Of a DNA stretch of 64,000 nt, positions 27,972 to 41,727 are shown one piece after another; the stretch's first letter is position 1; every line of letters starts with the position of its first letter. The notes beneath the pieces were generated by a model. The model was not told where the DNA came from. It saw nothing but the letters and a program-made list of their open reading frames with translations, and did no database searches. This DNA comes from Octopus sinensis. Its lineage: Eukaryota. The stretch is from NCBI RefSeq assembly GCF_006345805.1, contig NC_043006.1:4402001-4466000 (forward strand), given 5' to 3'. A program made the position numbers and the translations under genes.

Positions 27972-28478
27972 TTAATAATACTTTGAACTAAAGGTACAAA
28001 GCCTGAAATTTCGGGGCTGAGGATATATTAAACAATCAATCGTAATGCAAGGCATCTATTTTCATTGCTACATCAAAATTGTGACATATGAAAAGAACGG
28101 AGTGAGAAAAAATTAGAGACTTACCCGAGAAGAAAGGCAATATTCCGTTGGTCAATTAAAACAAAAAATATTTACTCTGATGGTTTGCGTTCGCTACTTT
28201 TAATAAAAATTGAGAAAGTAAAGTAATGCATTCAAGTTTTTAGCACAGTCAAGCAGAATCTAACTTCTGTCAACCAGGTTCTAACTTCTGTCAACCGGGA
28301 TCTAACTTCTGTCAACCAATGAAATTTACGAATCATTTTTATGAGTCGTATACATTTTTAATTGCTTTTCTCAATCGATTTCACCTCTCACCACATCTCT
28401 TTTGACAAAACGCCTTATATGCTTCTTTTCAAGCATACATACATACAGACATACATACATGCATACATATATATATAT

Positions 28479-28509
<31 letters not shown>

Positions 28510-28516
<7 letters not shown>

Positions 28517-28886
28517 AACGGCAGTTTGTCTGTGCGTTTTCTGTGTGTCTGTTTTCTCGTACCCTCACTCTGACCACGGCTTTCAACCGATTCTGATGAA
28601 ACTTGACACACACATAGCCCAATGTCATAATTCAAAACTAACGCAGCGAAAATTTTGAAAAGTTCCCCCAGTTCTGAAAAAAATCGATAAATTCGACATG
28701 GGGTCGAGAATCAGAAACCCAAACCACAGACCGTCTAGGGGACGCAACTCCACCTTTTTTAACTCTCAAAAAAATTTACCATCATTTTTTTTCCATTTTT
28801 TTGCTATTTTTTGGCTATAACTCTCTAAAAATGCTTTATAGTTATTTCCCTTACAAACCTGAGCAACGCCGGGCGATACTGCTAGT
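28510..28886 (+). mobile_element. Non-autonomous Helitron-like element
   Basis: 5' tataaacggcagtttgtctgtg...ttcaaccgattctgatgaaactt; 3' GC-rich hairpin cctgagcaacgccggg followed by CTAGT. Confidence 0.7.
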
Positions 28887-28909
28887 ATATATATATATAT
28901 ATATATATA

Positions 28910-29880
<971 letters not shown>

Positions 29881-30163
29881 GCCATTTCAGTGGACTGAAG
29901 CAACGTGAAATAAAGTGTCTTGCTCAAGGACGCAACGCTCGCTGTTGTCACAGTACTTTGTATGAGAGGTGCGTTCTGATGTAAAACCTGCTATTTCACA
30001 TAATCATTGTTCATCTAGATTCGGTCTGCCACTAGGTTCTAGTCACAGAGACTCAGAGTAGTACTCGTGTTGTACAGCCGTCTATCACTACATTCCAATG
30101 ACGCACAGATATCACATTAAGATGAACACATTTGTCATTTAATTTATTGAAACTCCAAAGGAT

Positions 30164-30500
30164 GTGAGCTGGCAGAAACGTTAACACGCCGGGCTAAATG
30201 CTTAGCGTTATTTCGTCTGTCTTTGCGTTCTGAGTTCAAATTCCGCCGAGGACGACTTTGCTTTAATCCTTTCGGGGTCGATTAAATTAAGTACCAGTTG
30301 CGCACTGGGGTCGATGTAATCGACTTGATCCTTCTCTCTGTCCATGTTTGTCTCCACTGTGTTTAGCCCCGTGTGGGTAGTAAAGAAATAGGTATTTCGT
30401 CTGTCTTTGCATTTTGAGTTCAAATTACGCCGAGGTTGACTTTGCCTTTTATCCTTTCAGGGTCGATAAATTGAGCACCAGTTGCGTACTGGGGTCGAGC
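30164..30500 (+). mobile_element. SINE followed by a second headless copy (tandem dimer)
   Basis: gagctggcagaaacgttaacacgccggg...gtgggtagtaaagaaat, then restarts at aggtatttcgtctgtctttgc. Confidence 0.85.
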
Positions 30501-30719
30501 TACCTATCTATATCTGCCCTCTTCCAAGCGTCTGTACCTCAGTGGCATGGACCTGGTATTTTGACAGGAGGATATCCAGTTTTGTTTCGAATGCACTTAA
30601 ACCCACCCCGTGTTGGCCTCTCATGTAATAATATGACCCGATACCCTTTTTTTTTACTGTTTTGCTATTTGCTATATTATACGTAAACTTATATCATGCA
30701 TACATACATACATACATAC

Positions 30720-30770
<51 letters not shown>

Positions 30771-31019
30771 TGTATTATATATGTATGTATGCATAAATAT
30801 ATAAATATATAAATAAATATATACGTATGCAATGCATATTTGTATATGCATACATACAATACACACGCACATAAACAAACACACACACATACACAAACAC
30901 ACACACACATACACAAACACACAAACACATATATATATATATATATACACGTACATATGTATACATATATGACTATGTGTATGCATGTATGTATATAACC
31001 AGTTTTCTTTTATTTAAAT

Positions 31020-32240
31020 GTCCTAGAAACGCTCCTCTCTTAAAAAGTCTTTTCATATAACCGTGTCAAGTCAAATGCATCTGAAATTTGAAAGGCTAAT
31101 TTCAATACTTACAAATATGTCCCACACCCATCCAAGTATTGAAACTGGCTATTGTGTGAGAAACTTTGAATTCAGTAGATCACACAAAGATATACATATG
31201 TACCCTCAGGCACACATATACATGTATCCTGGGTGAGTGTGACCCAGAGCATAGTGTTATGACAGAGACTTAGAATATTGGGGAGAAAAGGAGGAATGAT
31301 GTATCTCTTTTTGTAGGATTTCAAATAGATAGCCTTCTAGCTGTGATGTAATGTATGTACGGGTTCGAGTGAGGCTAGTATTCTTGTCACTCTCTAGTTC
31401 TTGTGACCCTTATTCTTGAACCAGACGGATCACAGGGCTGAGAAACAACATGTATATTATCTAAATAAACAAGGAATAGGGCAGAATATTTCTGCTCTTG
31501 TCTCACTGAGAAGACAGCATCAGTTGTATTTATTCTCACCATAACAAAAAGAATCACATCTACATTAATTTTCTTTTTCTAAGCAAATGAGATGTAATTC
31601 TTTTTGTAACCTTCATAACTTGCCCCAACAGTTTAACACCTCAAGCATTCTTCCTTTAATACATTACCTTTGCCTTTTATAGCAGTTGAAAATGGTATTA
31701 CCACATCAGCCACTGGGTATAAGAATCTCTTATTCAAGTTGAATTACTTAGGGGCTGACTAACCCGCATCCCACTCCCATGAGTATTTCGTATCCGATAC
31801 CTTCCTCACCTTCATACCTTTAAACGCATTCTCCACTGTACGGCTGTAAATTTGGATGGATGGCCCCTCAACTGGGTTAACTTCCTTTACACTCTTCATC
31901 CCCCTTCTATTCTTTTCATCCAACAAATTCTCATTATAACACGTCTGCACTTCTTTCTTTACATTTCATGAATAACAAGAGTATCATTATTATTCCGTAC
32001 AGAATCTTCATCAATAATGTCTTTCATTTCTCTCCCAAACAATCTTGCCATTCAGAATATGCCACACTTCTGATGTTCACTTCTGATGTCTTAAAACAAT
32101 GATAAACTTCTTACTCTGCTCATCTTCCTTTCTTTGATATAAATGTTGCGTTGCTTCTTTTCTTGCAACTTGGTGTTGCTTTTTGTAGTCCCCTTTTGCC
32201 AATCTTTCCAAGCCTGTCCCTTAATCTATGTGGCCCTTTC
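31020..32240 (-). mobile_element. Degenerate RTE-clade LINE fragment (copy 1)
   Basis: YNENLLDEKN..NPVEGPSIQI..VENAFKGMKVRKV, TTDAVFSVRQEQKY. Confidence 0.7.
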
Positions 32241-32323
32241 TATGCAGCTATTCCACTGCATATATAAATTACATATGTATGTGTGTTTGTGCGTGTTTGT
32301 ATACATATATATACACATATATA

Positions 32324-32773
32324 CAGGACAGTGCTTATAGCACCAGGAAGACATCTCCTCCAGTTGGCTAATGACACACAGTCTGTGTCCGATTAGTATT
32401 TGCAAGGGAGGTCATCGCTCCCATGTCTAGCCTTACGTCATACACCCGGCATGTGTTAATCACTAGCAAGTGATGAAAGTTCATTCCACTCGCAAATTAT
32501 TATATATTTTTCTAGCGACTCACAGTCGCTAATCTCGTAAAACAGAGAGATATGTTATTTTAAATTTAATATAATATATACAGATTTAATATAACATATC
32601 TCTCTCTTTTACGAGATCAGCAACAGTGAGTCGCGAGAAAAGCATATAGTGATTTGGCTACAGATGGGAGTGATGGCCTCCTTCGCAAATTCTAATCGGG
32701 CACAGAATGTGTGTCGTTATTCAGCTGGAGGAGATGTCTTCCTGGGGCTATAAAGAACAGTAGCACTGTCCTG
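32324..32773. mobile_element. Palindromic MITE, 450 bp, TA-flanked (copy 1)
   Basis: caggacagtgct...agcactgtcctg termini. Inverted similarity continues to the centre (cgactcac..atctcgtaaaa..gagagatatgttat / ataacatatctctc..ttttacgagat..gtgagtcg). Confidence 0.85.
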
Positions 32774-32891
32774 TATAGCACGCCACATTCAGTTGGCAAA
32801 TATAGTTTACAATTCCGTACTGTTACTGTTTATATGTCTCTCAGAAATTTTATATAAGATATGTATGCATTCATGTATGTATGTATGTATG

Positions 32892-32984
<93 letters not shown>

Positions 32985-33249
32985 TGTGTGTGTTTGTGTA
33001 TATATATGTATGTATGTATGCATAAATATATAATATATAATAATATATACGTATGCAATGCATATTTGTATATGCATACATACAATACACACGCACATAA
33101 ACAAAACACACAACACATACACAAACACACACAACACATACACAAACACACAAACACATATATATATATATATATACACGTACATATGTATACATATATG
33201 ACTATGTGTATGCATGTATGTATATAACCAGTTTTCTTTTATTTAAATG

Positions 33250-34465
33250 TCCTAGAAACGCTCCTCTCTTAAAAAGTCTTTTCATATAACCGTGTCAAGT
33301 CAAATGCATCTGAAATTTGAAAGGCTAATTTCAATACTTACAAATATGTCCCACACCCATCCAAGTATTGAAACTGGCTATTGTGTGAGAAACTTTGAAT
33401 TCAGTAGATCACACAAAGATATACATATGTACCCTCAGGCACACATATACATGTATCCTGGGTGAGTGTGACCCAGAGCATAGTGTTATGACAGAGACTT
33501 AGAATATTGGGGAGAAAAGGAGGAATGATGTATCTCTTTTTGTAGGATTTCAAATAGATAGCTTCTAGCTGTGATGTAATGTATGTACGGGTTCGAGTGA
33601 GGCTAGTATTCTTGTCACTCTCTAGTTCTTGTGACCCTTATTCTTGAACCAGACGGATCACAGGGCTGAGAAACAACATGTATATTATCTAAATAAACAA
33701 GGAATAGGGCAGAATATTTCTGCTCTTGTCTCACTGAGAAGACAGCATCAGTTGTATTTATTCTCACCATAACAAAAAGAATCACATCTACATTAATTTT
33801 CTTTTTCTAAGCAAATGAGATGTAATTCTTTTTGTAACCTTCATAACTTGCCCCAACAGTTTAACACCTCAAGCATTCTTCCTTTAATACATTACCTTTG
33901 CCTTTTATAGCAGTTGAAAATGGTATTACCACATCAGCCACTGGGTATAAGAATCTCTTATTCAAGTTGAATACTTAGGGGCTGACTAACCCGCATCCCA
34001 CTCCCATGAGTATTTCGTATCCGATACCTTCCTCACCTTCATACCTTTAAACGCATTCTCCACTGTACGGCTGTAAATTTGGATGGATGGCCCCTCAACT
34101 GGGTTAACTTCCTTTACACTCTTCATCCCCCTTCTATTCTTTTCATCCAACAAATTCTCATTATAACACGTCTGCACTTCTTTCTTACATTTCATGAATA
34201 ACAAGAGTATCATTATTATTCCGTACAGAATCTTCATCAATAATGTCTTTCATTTCTCTCCCAAACAATCTTGCCATTCAGAATATGCCACACTTCTGAT
34301 GTTCACTTCTGATGTCTTAAAACAATGATAAACTTCTTACTCTGCTCATCTTCCTTTCTTTGATATAAATGTTGCGTTGCTTCTTTTCTTGCAACTTGGT
34401 GTTGCTTTTGTAGTCCCCTTTTGCCAATCTTTCCAAGCCTGTCCCTTAATCTATGTGGCCCTTTC
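33250..34465 (-). mobile_element. Degenerate RTE-clade LINE fragment (copy 2)
   Basis: Duplicate of 31020-32240. Confidence 0.7.
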
Positions 34466-34546
34466 TATGCAGCTATTCCACTGCATATATAAATTACATA
34501 TGTATGTGGTTTGTGCGTGTTTGTAACATATATATACACATATATA

Positions 34547-34995
34547 CAGGACAGTGCTTATAGCACCAGGAAGACATCTCCTCCAGTTGGCTAATGACAC
34601 ACAGTCTGTGTCCGATTAGTTATTTGCAAGGGAGGTCATCGCTCCCATGTCTAGCCTTACGTCATACACCCGGCATGTGTTAATCACTAGCAAGTGATGA
34701 AAGTTCATTCCACTCGCAAATTATTATATATTTTTCTAGCGACTCACAGTCGCTAATCTCGTAAAACAGAGAGATATGTTATTTTAAATTTAATATAACA
34801 TATACAGATTTAATATAACATATCTCTCTTTTACGAGATCAGCAACAGTGAGTCGCGAGAAAAGCATATAGTGATTTGGCTACAGATGGGAGTGATGGCC
34901 TCCTTCGCAAATTCTAATCGGGCACAGAATGTGTGTCGTTATTCAGCTGGAGGAGATGTCTTCCTGGGGCTATAAAGAACAGTAGCACTGTCCTG
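34547..34995. mobile_element. Palindromic MITE (copy 2)
   Basis: Duplicate of 32324-32773. Confidence 0.85.
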
Positions 34996-35145
34996 TATAG
35001 CACGCCACATTCAGTTGGCAAATATAGTTACAATTCCGTACTGTTACTGTTTATATGTCTCTCAGAAATTTTATATAAGATATGTATGCATTCATGTATG
35101 TATGTATGTATGTATGTATGTATATATATATATATATATATATAT

Positions 35146-35239
<94 letters not shown>

Positions 35240-36719
35240 TTATGTATGTACAGGGTAAGGTGGACACCCTTCGTTTAACTCCCTGCAGGACGAAAAGCAA
35301 ACTATTTCAAATGCCGGGTGAAGACAGGAGAATCAACAGCCATCCAATGGCTGGGAGTGCGATATAACTGCTTTTGTTGTGACATCTCTCTTATGTAATA
35401 CTTATGATGTAGAATAGTTGTTCGTTTGGCAGAAATGTTTTGGCTGTTTGGGGAGGGAGTCGGAATTGCCATGTGCAAAGGTTCTCTCCTTCTATTTTTC
35501 CTCAGACGCAGCCAAAACGCACAGCCTTCGAACGACAAGGCACACAGCCTGCGATCGGCAAAACACAAAACTGAAAAGTTCATGAGAGAACAAAGGTATG
35601 AGTCAGGGAAGATGGTTAGTCTCTCAAAACCTGCAGCAGGAAGTGTCCTTCGTTAGAATGTCTTTGATTGCGCAAAAGTGTTTAGATCCCTAACAGGACT
35701 AAAAGATACTCGTCCCTGCTTCGTTGAGTAAACAAATGTGGCATATTTCGGAATGAAGTTGCAACCATAACATGTGTGTGTTCGTTTATGTGTCATTGTG
35801 TGCATGCGTTTCTGTCTGGGTGTATGTGTGTGTTTTTAGAGGACATGAATTACGTATTTAACTTCAATAAGCTCACTGCAGATTCTAGTAGTAACAGTGC
35901 GTGCAGAGATGAGTGCTTGGGAATAAGCTTATAGTTTCTTCGAAGCTTCTAAAACGAAGTGCTTGTTTGTTTTGGAAAGCATTTATATACGTGGAAAAGA
36001 TTAGCATGGAAAGCGTAAAAATGCATAGGAAATGCTGGAGAATTTGAAGAATAGAAAAGACATCCAGAAATAATCAGAGTTAGAGACAGAGAGAGTGTGA
36101 GTGTGGGGGGTGAGTGAGTGAGTGTGTGAAGTAGGGAGGGAGGGAGTGTCTGTGTGAGTGTATATATATATATATGCGTGTGTGTGTGTGTGTGTAAGTG
36201 CATAATGAAGCCACCTACCTATTAATGTGTGTTCATACATATTTATACAAAATACAATGAGTATATATGTTAATATTTATTGTACGTATCACTGACTTTA
36301 AGAATCCAGACAAAGAAAAAGGAAATGGAAAATGAGAGACTCTAAAATTTAAAAAGAAAAAATAGAAAGTGAAGAGAAATACTATGAAACACTTATAATG
36401 AAATATTGTGTTAAGGTCGCAAATCTATCCACGTGTTTGTGGCCTTACAGTCTCTTGCATGACTGACAATCTGACTTATCATAATGCTAGAAGAAGGCAT
36501 ACACAACACTGGTAATTCCTCCAATAGTATTACACATTGTACAGTATCACAACGTCAGGGTACAGGAACTCATTCGGATAAAGAATACAGAGCAGGAAGA
36601 ATTGGTCAAAAGAATTAACTACCAACGAAAACTAATAGACACACGAGACAAAATAATTCAACTGCTCATATTATTGCAAACTGTTCCAATCCTGTACAAC
36701 ACACTCGATTAAATAAGCC

Positions 36720-37560
36720 AAACAACACCTATAGGAATCAGCCTATATTTCCTTATCCTAACACGATCCCTAAAGTAGTAGAGAACTGGTACCTTGCTAA
36801 CCTACACGAAAGAGACAGATATATTGGCTAACACCTGCAACTCAGCATTTTCATCCTGCGCTCTAATATACTGCTCTCTAGAAAGAAGACCTGAAGAGTC
36901 ACTACCCATCGAAGAGACATCATCCACCTCTAATTTATTTTTTAAAATGATCCAAGTAAGTACCTGTCAAATCACGAATGGAATCATTCGGCGAAGAAGA
37001 CTTGGAAGAAATGTCTTTCGACATCGAACAAGTCGCTGCACATGGAGCAAAAATACCAACTGTTCTGTATTACCTGTATTACCTGTTCTGTATTACCTGA
37101 ACTCCCTGGAGAAATAGTGACAATAGGATCAACACCAAATTGGACCCCATAACATCAATTCCGATCAACAAATAAACACCCAGAAATGGGAGAGAGTCAA
37201 GAACACCTACTCTCACCTCACCAGAAATCATATCTGAAGTTAAATTCAGAAAATGGAGAGTAGCAGAAGAATTGCCGCATTATACCCTGAAACAAAACAT
37301 CTGAGTTCCCTGACGACTCATCAAAAAAAGACAAAATATCCTTCGAAATCATAAACTGGAGACCTCCAGTATCCCTCAAAATAGTTACGGGACGTGGGAG
37401 AGACGTATTTCTCATACGTGACACAGAACATGTTGAAACAAAGGGAAAAAACTCATTCCGAACTATGGAATCTGAGGGTTTACAAACAAAACTGTCCGAA
37501 AAGAAAGGCTTAGGTGCGACAAATACAAAAGCATTTGGGGGATTTGTGAACTAAACCCCC
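36720..37560 (-). mobile_element. Gypsy-type LTR retrotransposon relic (protease and downstream pol segment)
   Basis: PVTILRDTGGLQFMI aspartic protease motif, then LSREQYIRAQDENAELQVL..KVPVLYYFRDRVRIRKYR. Confidence 0.7.
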
Positions 37561-37569
37561 ATACTTTAT

Positions 37570-37836
37570 ATATACATTTATATATATTGGTAAAACGGTA
37601 AGATAACAAAAGAAAGAAAGAGACCTCAATATTATGTAAATAGAGGAAATTTATCTATACAATAATATGTTACATTACTCAATAGTCAAGATAAAACTCT
37701 GAGTTTCAGATGCCGAAGTGGGAATCCACGACATCTCTTCGGTTATAACCGAAGAGATGTAGATTCCCACTTCGGCATCTTAAACTCAGAGTTTTATCTT
37801 GACTATTGAGTAATGTAACATATTATTGTAGAGATA
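37570..37836. repeat. Penelope-like terminal repeat with spacerless inverted duplication (arms 37652-37745 / 37746-37836)
   Basis: Palindrome centred on ggtta|taacc, ~92-bp arms with few mismatches (seen). PLE origin is inferred from the hammerhead-like content. Confidence 0.7.
37691..37748 (-). ncRNA. Atypical minimal hammerhead-like motif
   Basis: Minus strand: ATAA-CCGAAGA-GATGTCG..CGGCATC-T-GAAA-CT(CAG)AG-T-T-TTAT. Confidence 0.5.
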
Positions 37837-38596
37837 TATTTATATATATATATGTGTGTGTATATATATATATATATACAAATTGAGATAGGGGTTGTAA
37901 GTGCAACCCTCCATGAGATAACATATATCCAATATACTGCTAGTGAAGCACCCAACAAAGTTAATACATAAATGTTAAGAATTGCGATGCAATTAATTCA
38001 TTTACTGTATTATATGGGCAAAGGTAAAATGTTTTACCACAAATTAATAATACAAAATAAGAAAATGGAGAAACGCATCTTAATCAGTGATCAACTACCA
38101 GATAATACCCAATCACATAATTTATTAAAACACTACATATGAACATTAAGGTCAAACATAATAATATAGAACAAAACAATGTACATGAAAGAGTAATATG
38201 ATACAATAAGTACAGTATGTATAAGTGAATATAAATAAATATAAATATAAATATAAATATAAACATCTTACAGCTGTTTAAGCCATGCAGATATGGGTGC
38301 CTCATTATGCTCATATTAGCCATGTGCGATAGGTTAATATGTAGTTATAAATGAGACACTTACAAAATTATCCCAAGGCCTCTTCAGAGATTATGAAGAA
38401 CAAACTAAATTAAATATGAAAATCAGAGGAGGTACACCCATACAATAGTGAGTACATACCCATAATATATAATATATAATATAATATACACATACATATG
38501 AGTGCATATATCCATACTCCTATATATATATATACAATATATAGACATATATACAATATAATAATAATGATAATAATAATAATAATAATAATAATA

Positions 38597-39653
38597 ATCC
38601 AGATAGCAGCAAAACACGAGCAAAACAAAAAACTGTTCTCAGTATTTAAGGAAGCTGACAAATACAAACAAGAAATCATACCACCTAATAAACACAAAGA
38701 AGAAGAAGAAGATGATGAAGAAACAACAAAAGCTATAAAACAAATGAAATCCAAACTAAAAATAGAACAGCAACGAGCCATGATAAAACGATGGCAAGAA
38801 AAGCCCCTTCATGGTAAATACTGGACTAAACTAAACGCAAAAGAAATAGACAAAGAAAAATCCCAGCAATGGTTGAGAAGCTCAGGACTCAAAGCAGAAA
38901 CAGAGGGATTTTTAATTGCAGCACAAGACCAAAGCCTCCCCACCAGAAATTACCAAAAACATGTAATGAAAAGAAATATTACAAGTAACTGCAGAATATG
39001 TGGAGATGGACAAGAAACAATAAATCATATTATCTCTAGCTGCCCAGTCCTGGCTAAGAAGGAATATATTCACAGACATGACAGAGTTGGAACCTACATA
39101 CATTGGAAGCTATGCCAACATTATGGAATAACAACAGAAAAAAGATGGTATAGGCACACACCAGAAAAGGTCACAGAAAACGAGAAAGCAACCATACTCT
39201 GGGATATGCCGATACACACAGATAGAGAAATTAAGGCCAACAGACCAGATATAGTTGTCAGAGATCATGAAGAAAAAAAATGCTTTCTAATTGATGTATC
39301 AATACCGGCAGATGACAACGTTTCTCTAAAAGAAATGGAGAAACTCTCAAAATACAAAGACCTGGAAATAGAGGTAACTAGAATGTGGAACCTGAAAACA
39401 GAAACAATTCCTATCATAGTAGGCGCATTAGGCATGATAAAAAAATATTCAGACAAATACATAACAAAAACACCAGGACTTACAAACACATATAACATAC
39501 AGAAAATTGCACTACTAGGCACTGCACACATCCTACGCAGAACACTTTCCATACAATAACCATCAGAGCATCACAACAAATCACAGCACATACCCAAGGC
39601 ACACAGAGCTGCGCTCGGTAGTGAAGTGAAAGCACGCTATAAAAATAAAACTA

Positions 39654-39656
<3 letters not shown>
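38597..39656 (+). mobile_element. R4/Dong-like LINE family A, 5'-truncated, open frame to the native stop, (AAT)n tail to ~39733
   Basis: ORF 38498-39559 has CCHC + RLE and ends ILRRTLSIQ*. Confidence 0.95.
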
Positions 39657-39735
<79 letters not shown>

Positions 39736-39779
39736 TACAACAATACACATACATATGTTCTATATTCAAGGTATCGAAT

Positions 39780-40270
39780 CCAGCGGTAGTTTTTACAGCC
39801 ATCATAGTAATAAGAACGCTGTATTAGTATCGGAAACCAATCCCAATAGATTAAGGTTCTTATCTAGCAACTCCAAAATTAGAAACGCCATTTATCAGTG
39901 CAGAGTTTATACTGAATCCGATGTCTTCCTCTATATCGGCGCTACATCATCAAAATTAGCCACAATTAGCCAAAATTAGCCACAAGAATATCGAACCATT
40001 TTTCCACGTTCCGAGATAGAAATAAACAACACGCTACTGGGCTAAGCAAATTAGTCTGGCGTTTGAAGAACGCGAATTCAACTTTTAGACTGGAATGGTC
40101 AATATTATCGGTATCTTTACCGTTTGAGAAGGGCAAAAAAATATGTGCCCTTTGTAATTCCGAACTATTTCATATTCTGTTCGCCCGAGGCCGACTAGTA
40201 AACTCGATTGTGCAGAGTTCTTTCAGATGCCTTCACTGGAAAAGGCATACCTTTCTCTCATACCAATGCA
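39780..40270 (+). mobile_element. Penelope-like element GIY-YIG endonuclease relic
   Basis: NAIYQCRV..LYIGAT; SKLVWRLK..LEWSIL..CALCNSE..CLHWKR. Confidence 0.75.
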
Positions 40271-41118
40271 GTTTAATATAGATAACCCCTGGAATTCCTA
40301 ATAAAATTTGAAAGGTGATATCTCATCCCTGTTAGTATAAAAGACTTTCTCATAGTTGTCAAGAACTGCTACCAATCCCTACAGCAACACTGTATCTTGT
40401 CATTGCTATTGTGGACGCCCTCTCTCTATTAAGTTGTCACATTCGAACACACAGACACAGTCTTTTCAGTTTCTTGACCGTTAATTCTTGCTACCTCTCT
40501 TTCTCTGCCTTCAAAACACACTGTCACGCATTCAAAGACGCACACACACATACATTAAGGCAATTTTTCACACTCATACATTCTAGCACTCATTCATAAA
40601 ATAAATCAAATATAAGCACCAGTCATACAGAATACATTCACACTCTTTAATTTTCCTATACCTTCCTTCTACTACCTTGAACTATCTCAACGGACAATCT
40701 CTTCTGCTTTCATCCAATCTGACGTCAACCCATATAAATAGACATTTTGTATCATTAGTTTCATGGGCTCCTCGTGAGCAGTTGTCGAAAAGCTTGTTGT
40801 GCATTTTGTTGGAGAATTAAGTTCCTGGATTTTCCTGAAGAGAAAGCTGCATAATGGACTCCTTATTCAATCGGAATTAGGGACTTTGCAGACATCGAAA
40901 CATATGTCGAAAATAAAGGAATTTTGTTAAATCTTCGTTCAGCTCCATTCTTTCCTATACTTAATATATAAAACTTCAAATTTCCGCACTAAGGCACGGA
41001 TTTTATGCCCTATGGTCGTAACTTCAACCGTGCCCTTTCTGTTGTGAATTTTGCTACCCAGATATCGGTTATCTTTCGAATTATCCGTAATAAGATAATT
41101 CATTTGTCTATATATATA

Positions 41119-41184
<66 letters not shown>

Positions 41185-41214
41185 TGTATGTATAAATGTA
41201 TTTGTGCACGTGTA

Positions 41215-41600
41215 TATTCATTTACTTTTTCAGTCATTTGATTACTGGAATAACGCCTTAACGTGTTTTAGAGGAACAGATCGACCCCAGAATTTATTGT
41301 TTGCCAGACTAGTATTCATTCTATAACTTTCCCTTGTCAACCCGCTCCATTACAAGGACGTAAACACACCAACATCAGTTGTCAAGTGAGAGTGAGGGGG
41401 ACAAACACAGACACAAAGACACACATAAGTATATACATAGATATAAAACGGGTTTATTACAGTTACTCTCTACTAAATACACTCACAAGGCTTTGGTCGA
41501 TCCGAGGATATAGTAGAAGATACTTGCCCAAGATGCCATGCAGCGGAACTGAACCGGAATCTATGTGTTTGGGAAGTTAGTTTCTTACCACACAACCACG
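41215..41600 (-). mobile_element. tRNA-derived SINE (second family)
   Basis: Same body as 22215-22700. Confidence 0.8.
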
Positions 41601-41727
41601 TCTCCGTCTTAACACAGCTCTGCATACGCGAGATATAAATATGCATACTCTTTTACTCTTTTACTTGTTTCAGTCACTTGACTGCGGCCATGGTTGCTTA
41701 AGAGTGTGTGAATGCGTCTGTGTGTAT

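Larger units (their letters stand above)
30700..35230. repeat. Tandem segmental duplication, unit ~2.23 kb, two copies
   Basis: 30961 atacatatatgactatgtgtatgc recurs at 33190 (offset 2229). Units differ mainly by 1-bp indels and microsatellite length. Confidence 0.95.

Noticed and set aside
35250-35780. Possible Tc1/mariner element starting TA-CAGGGT
   Set aside because: No matching right TIR or transposase motif was found.
40765-40800. ctcgtgagcagttgtcgaaaagc as a hammerhead core
   Set aside because: Two core substitutions and no convincing helices.
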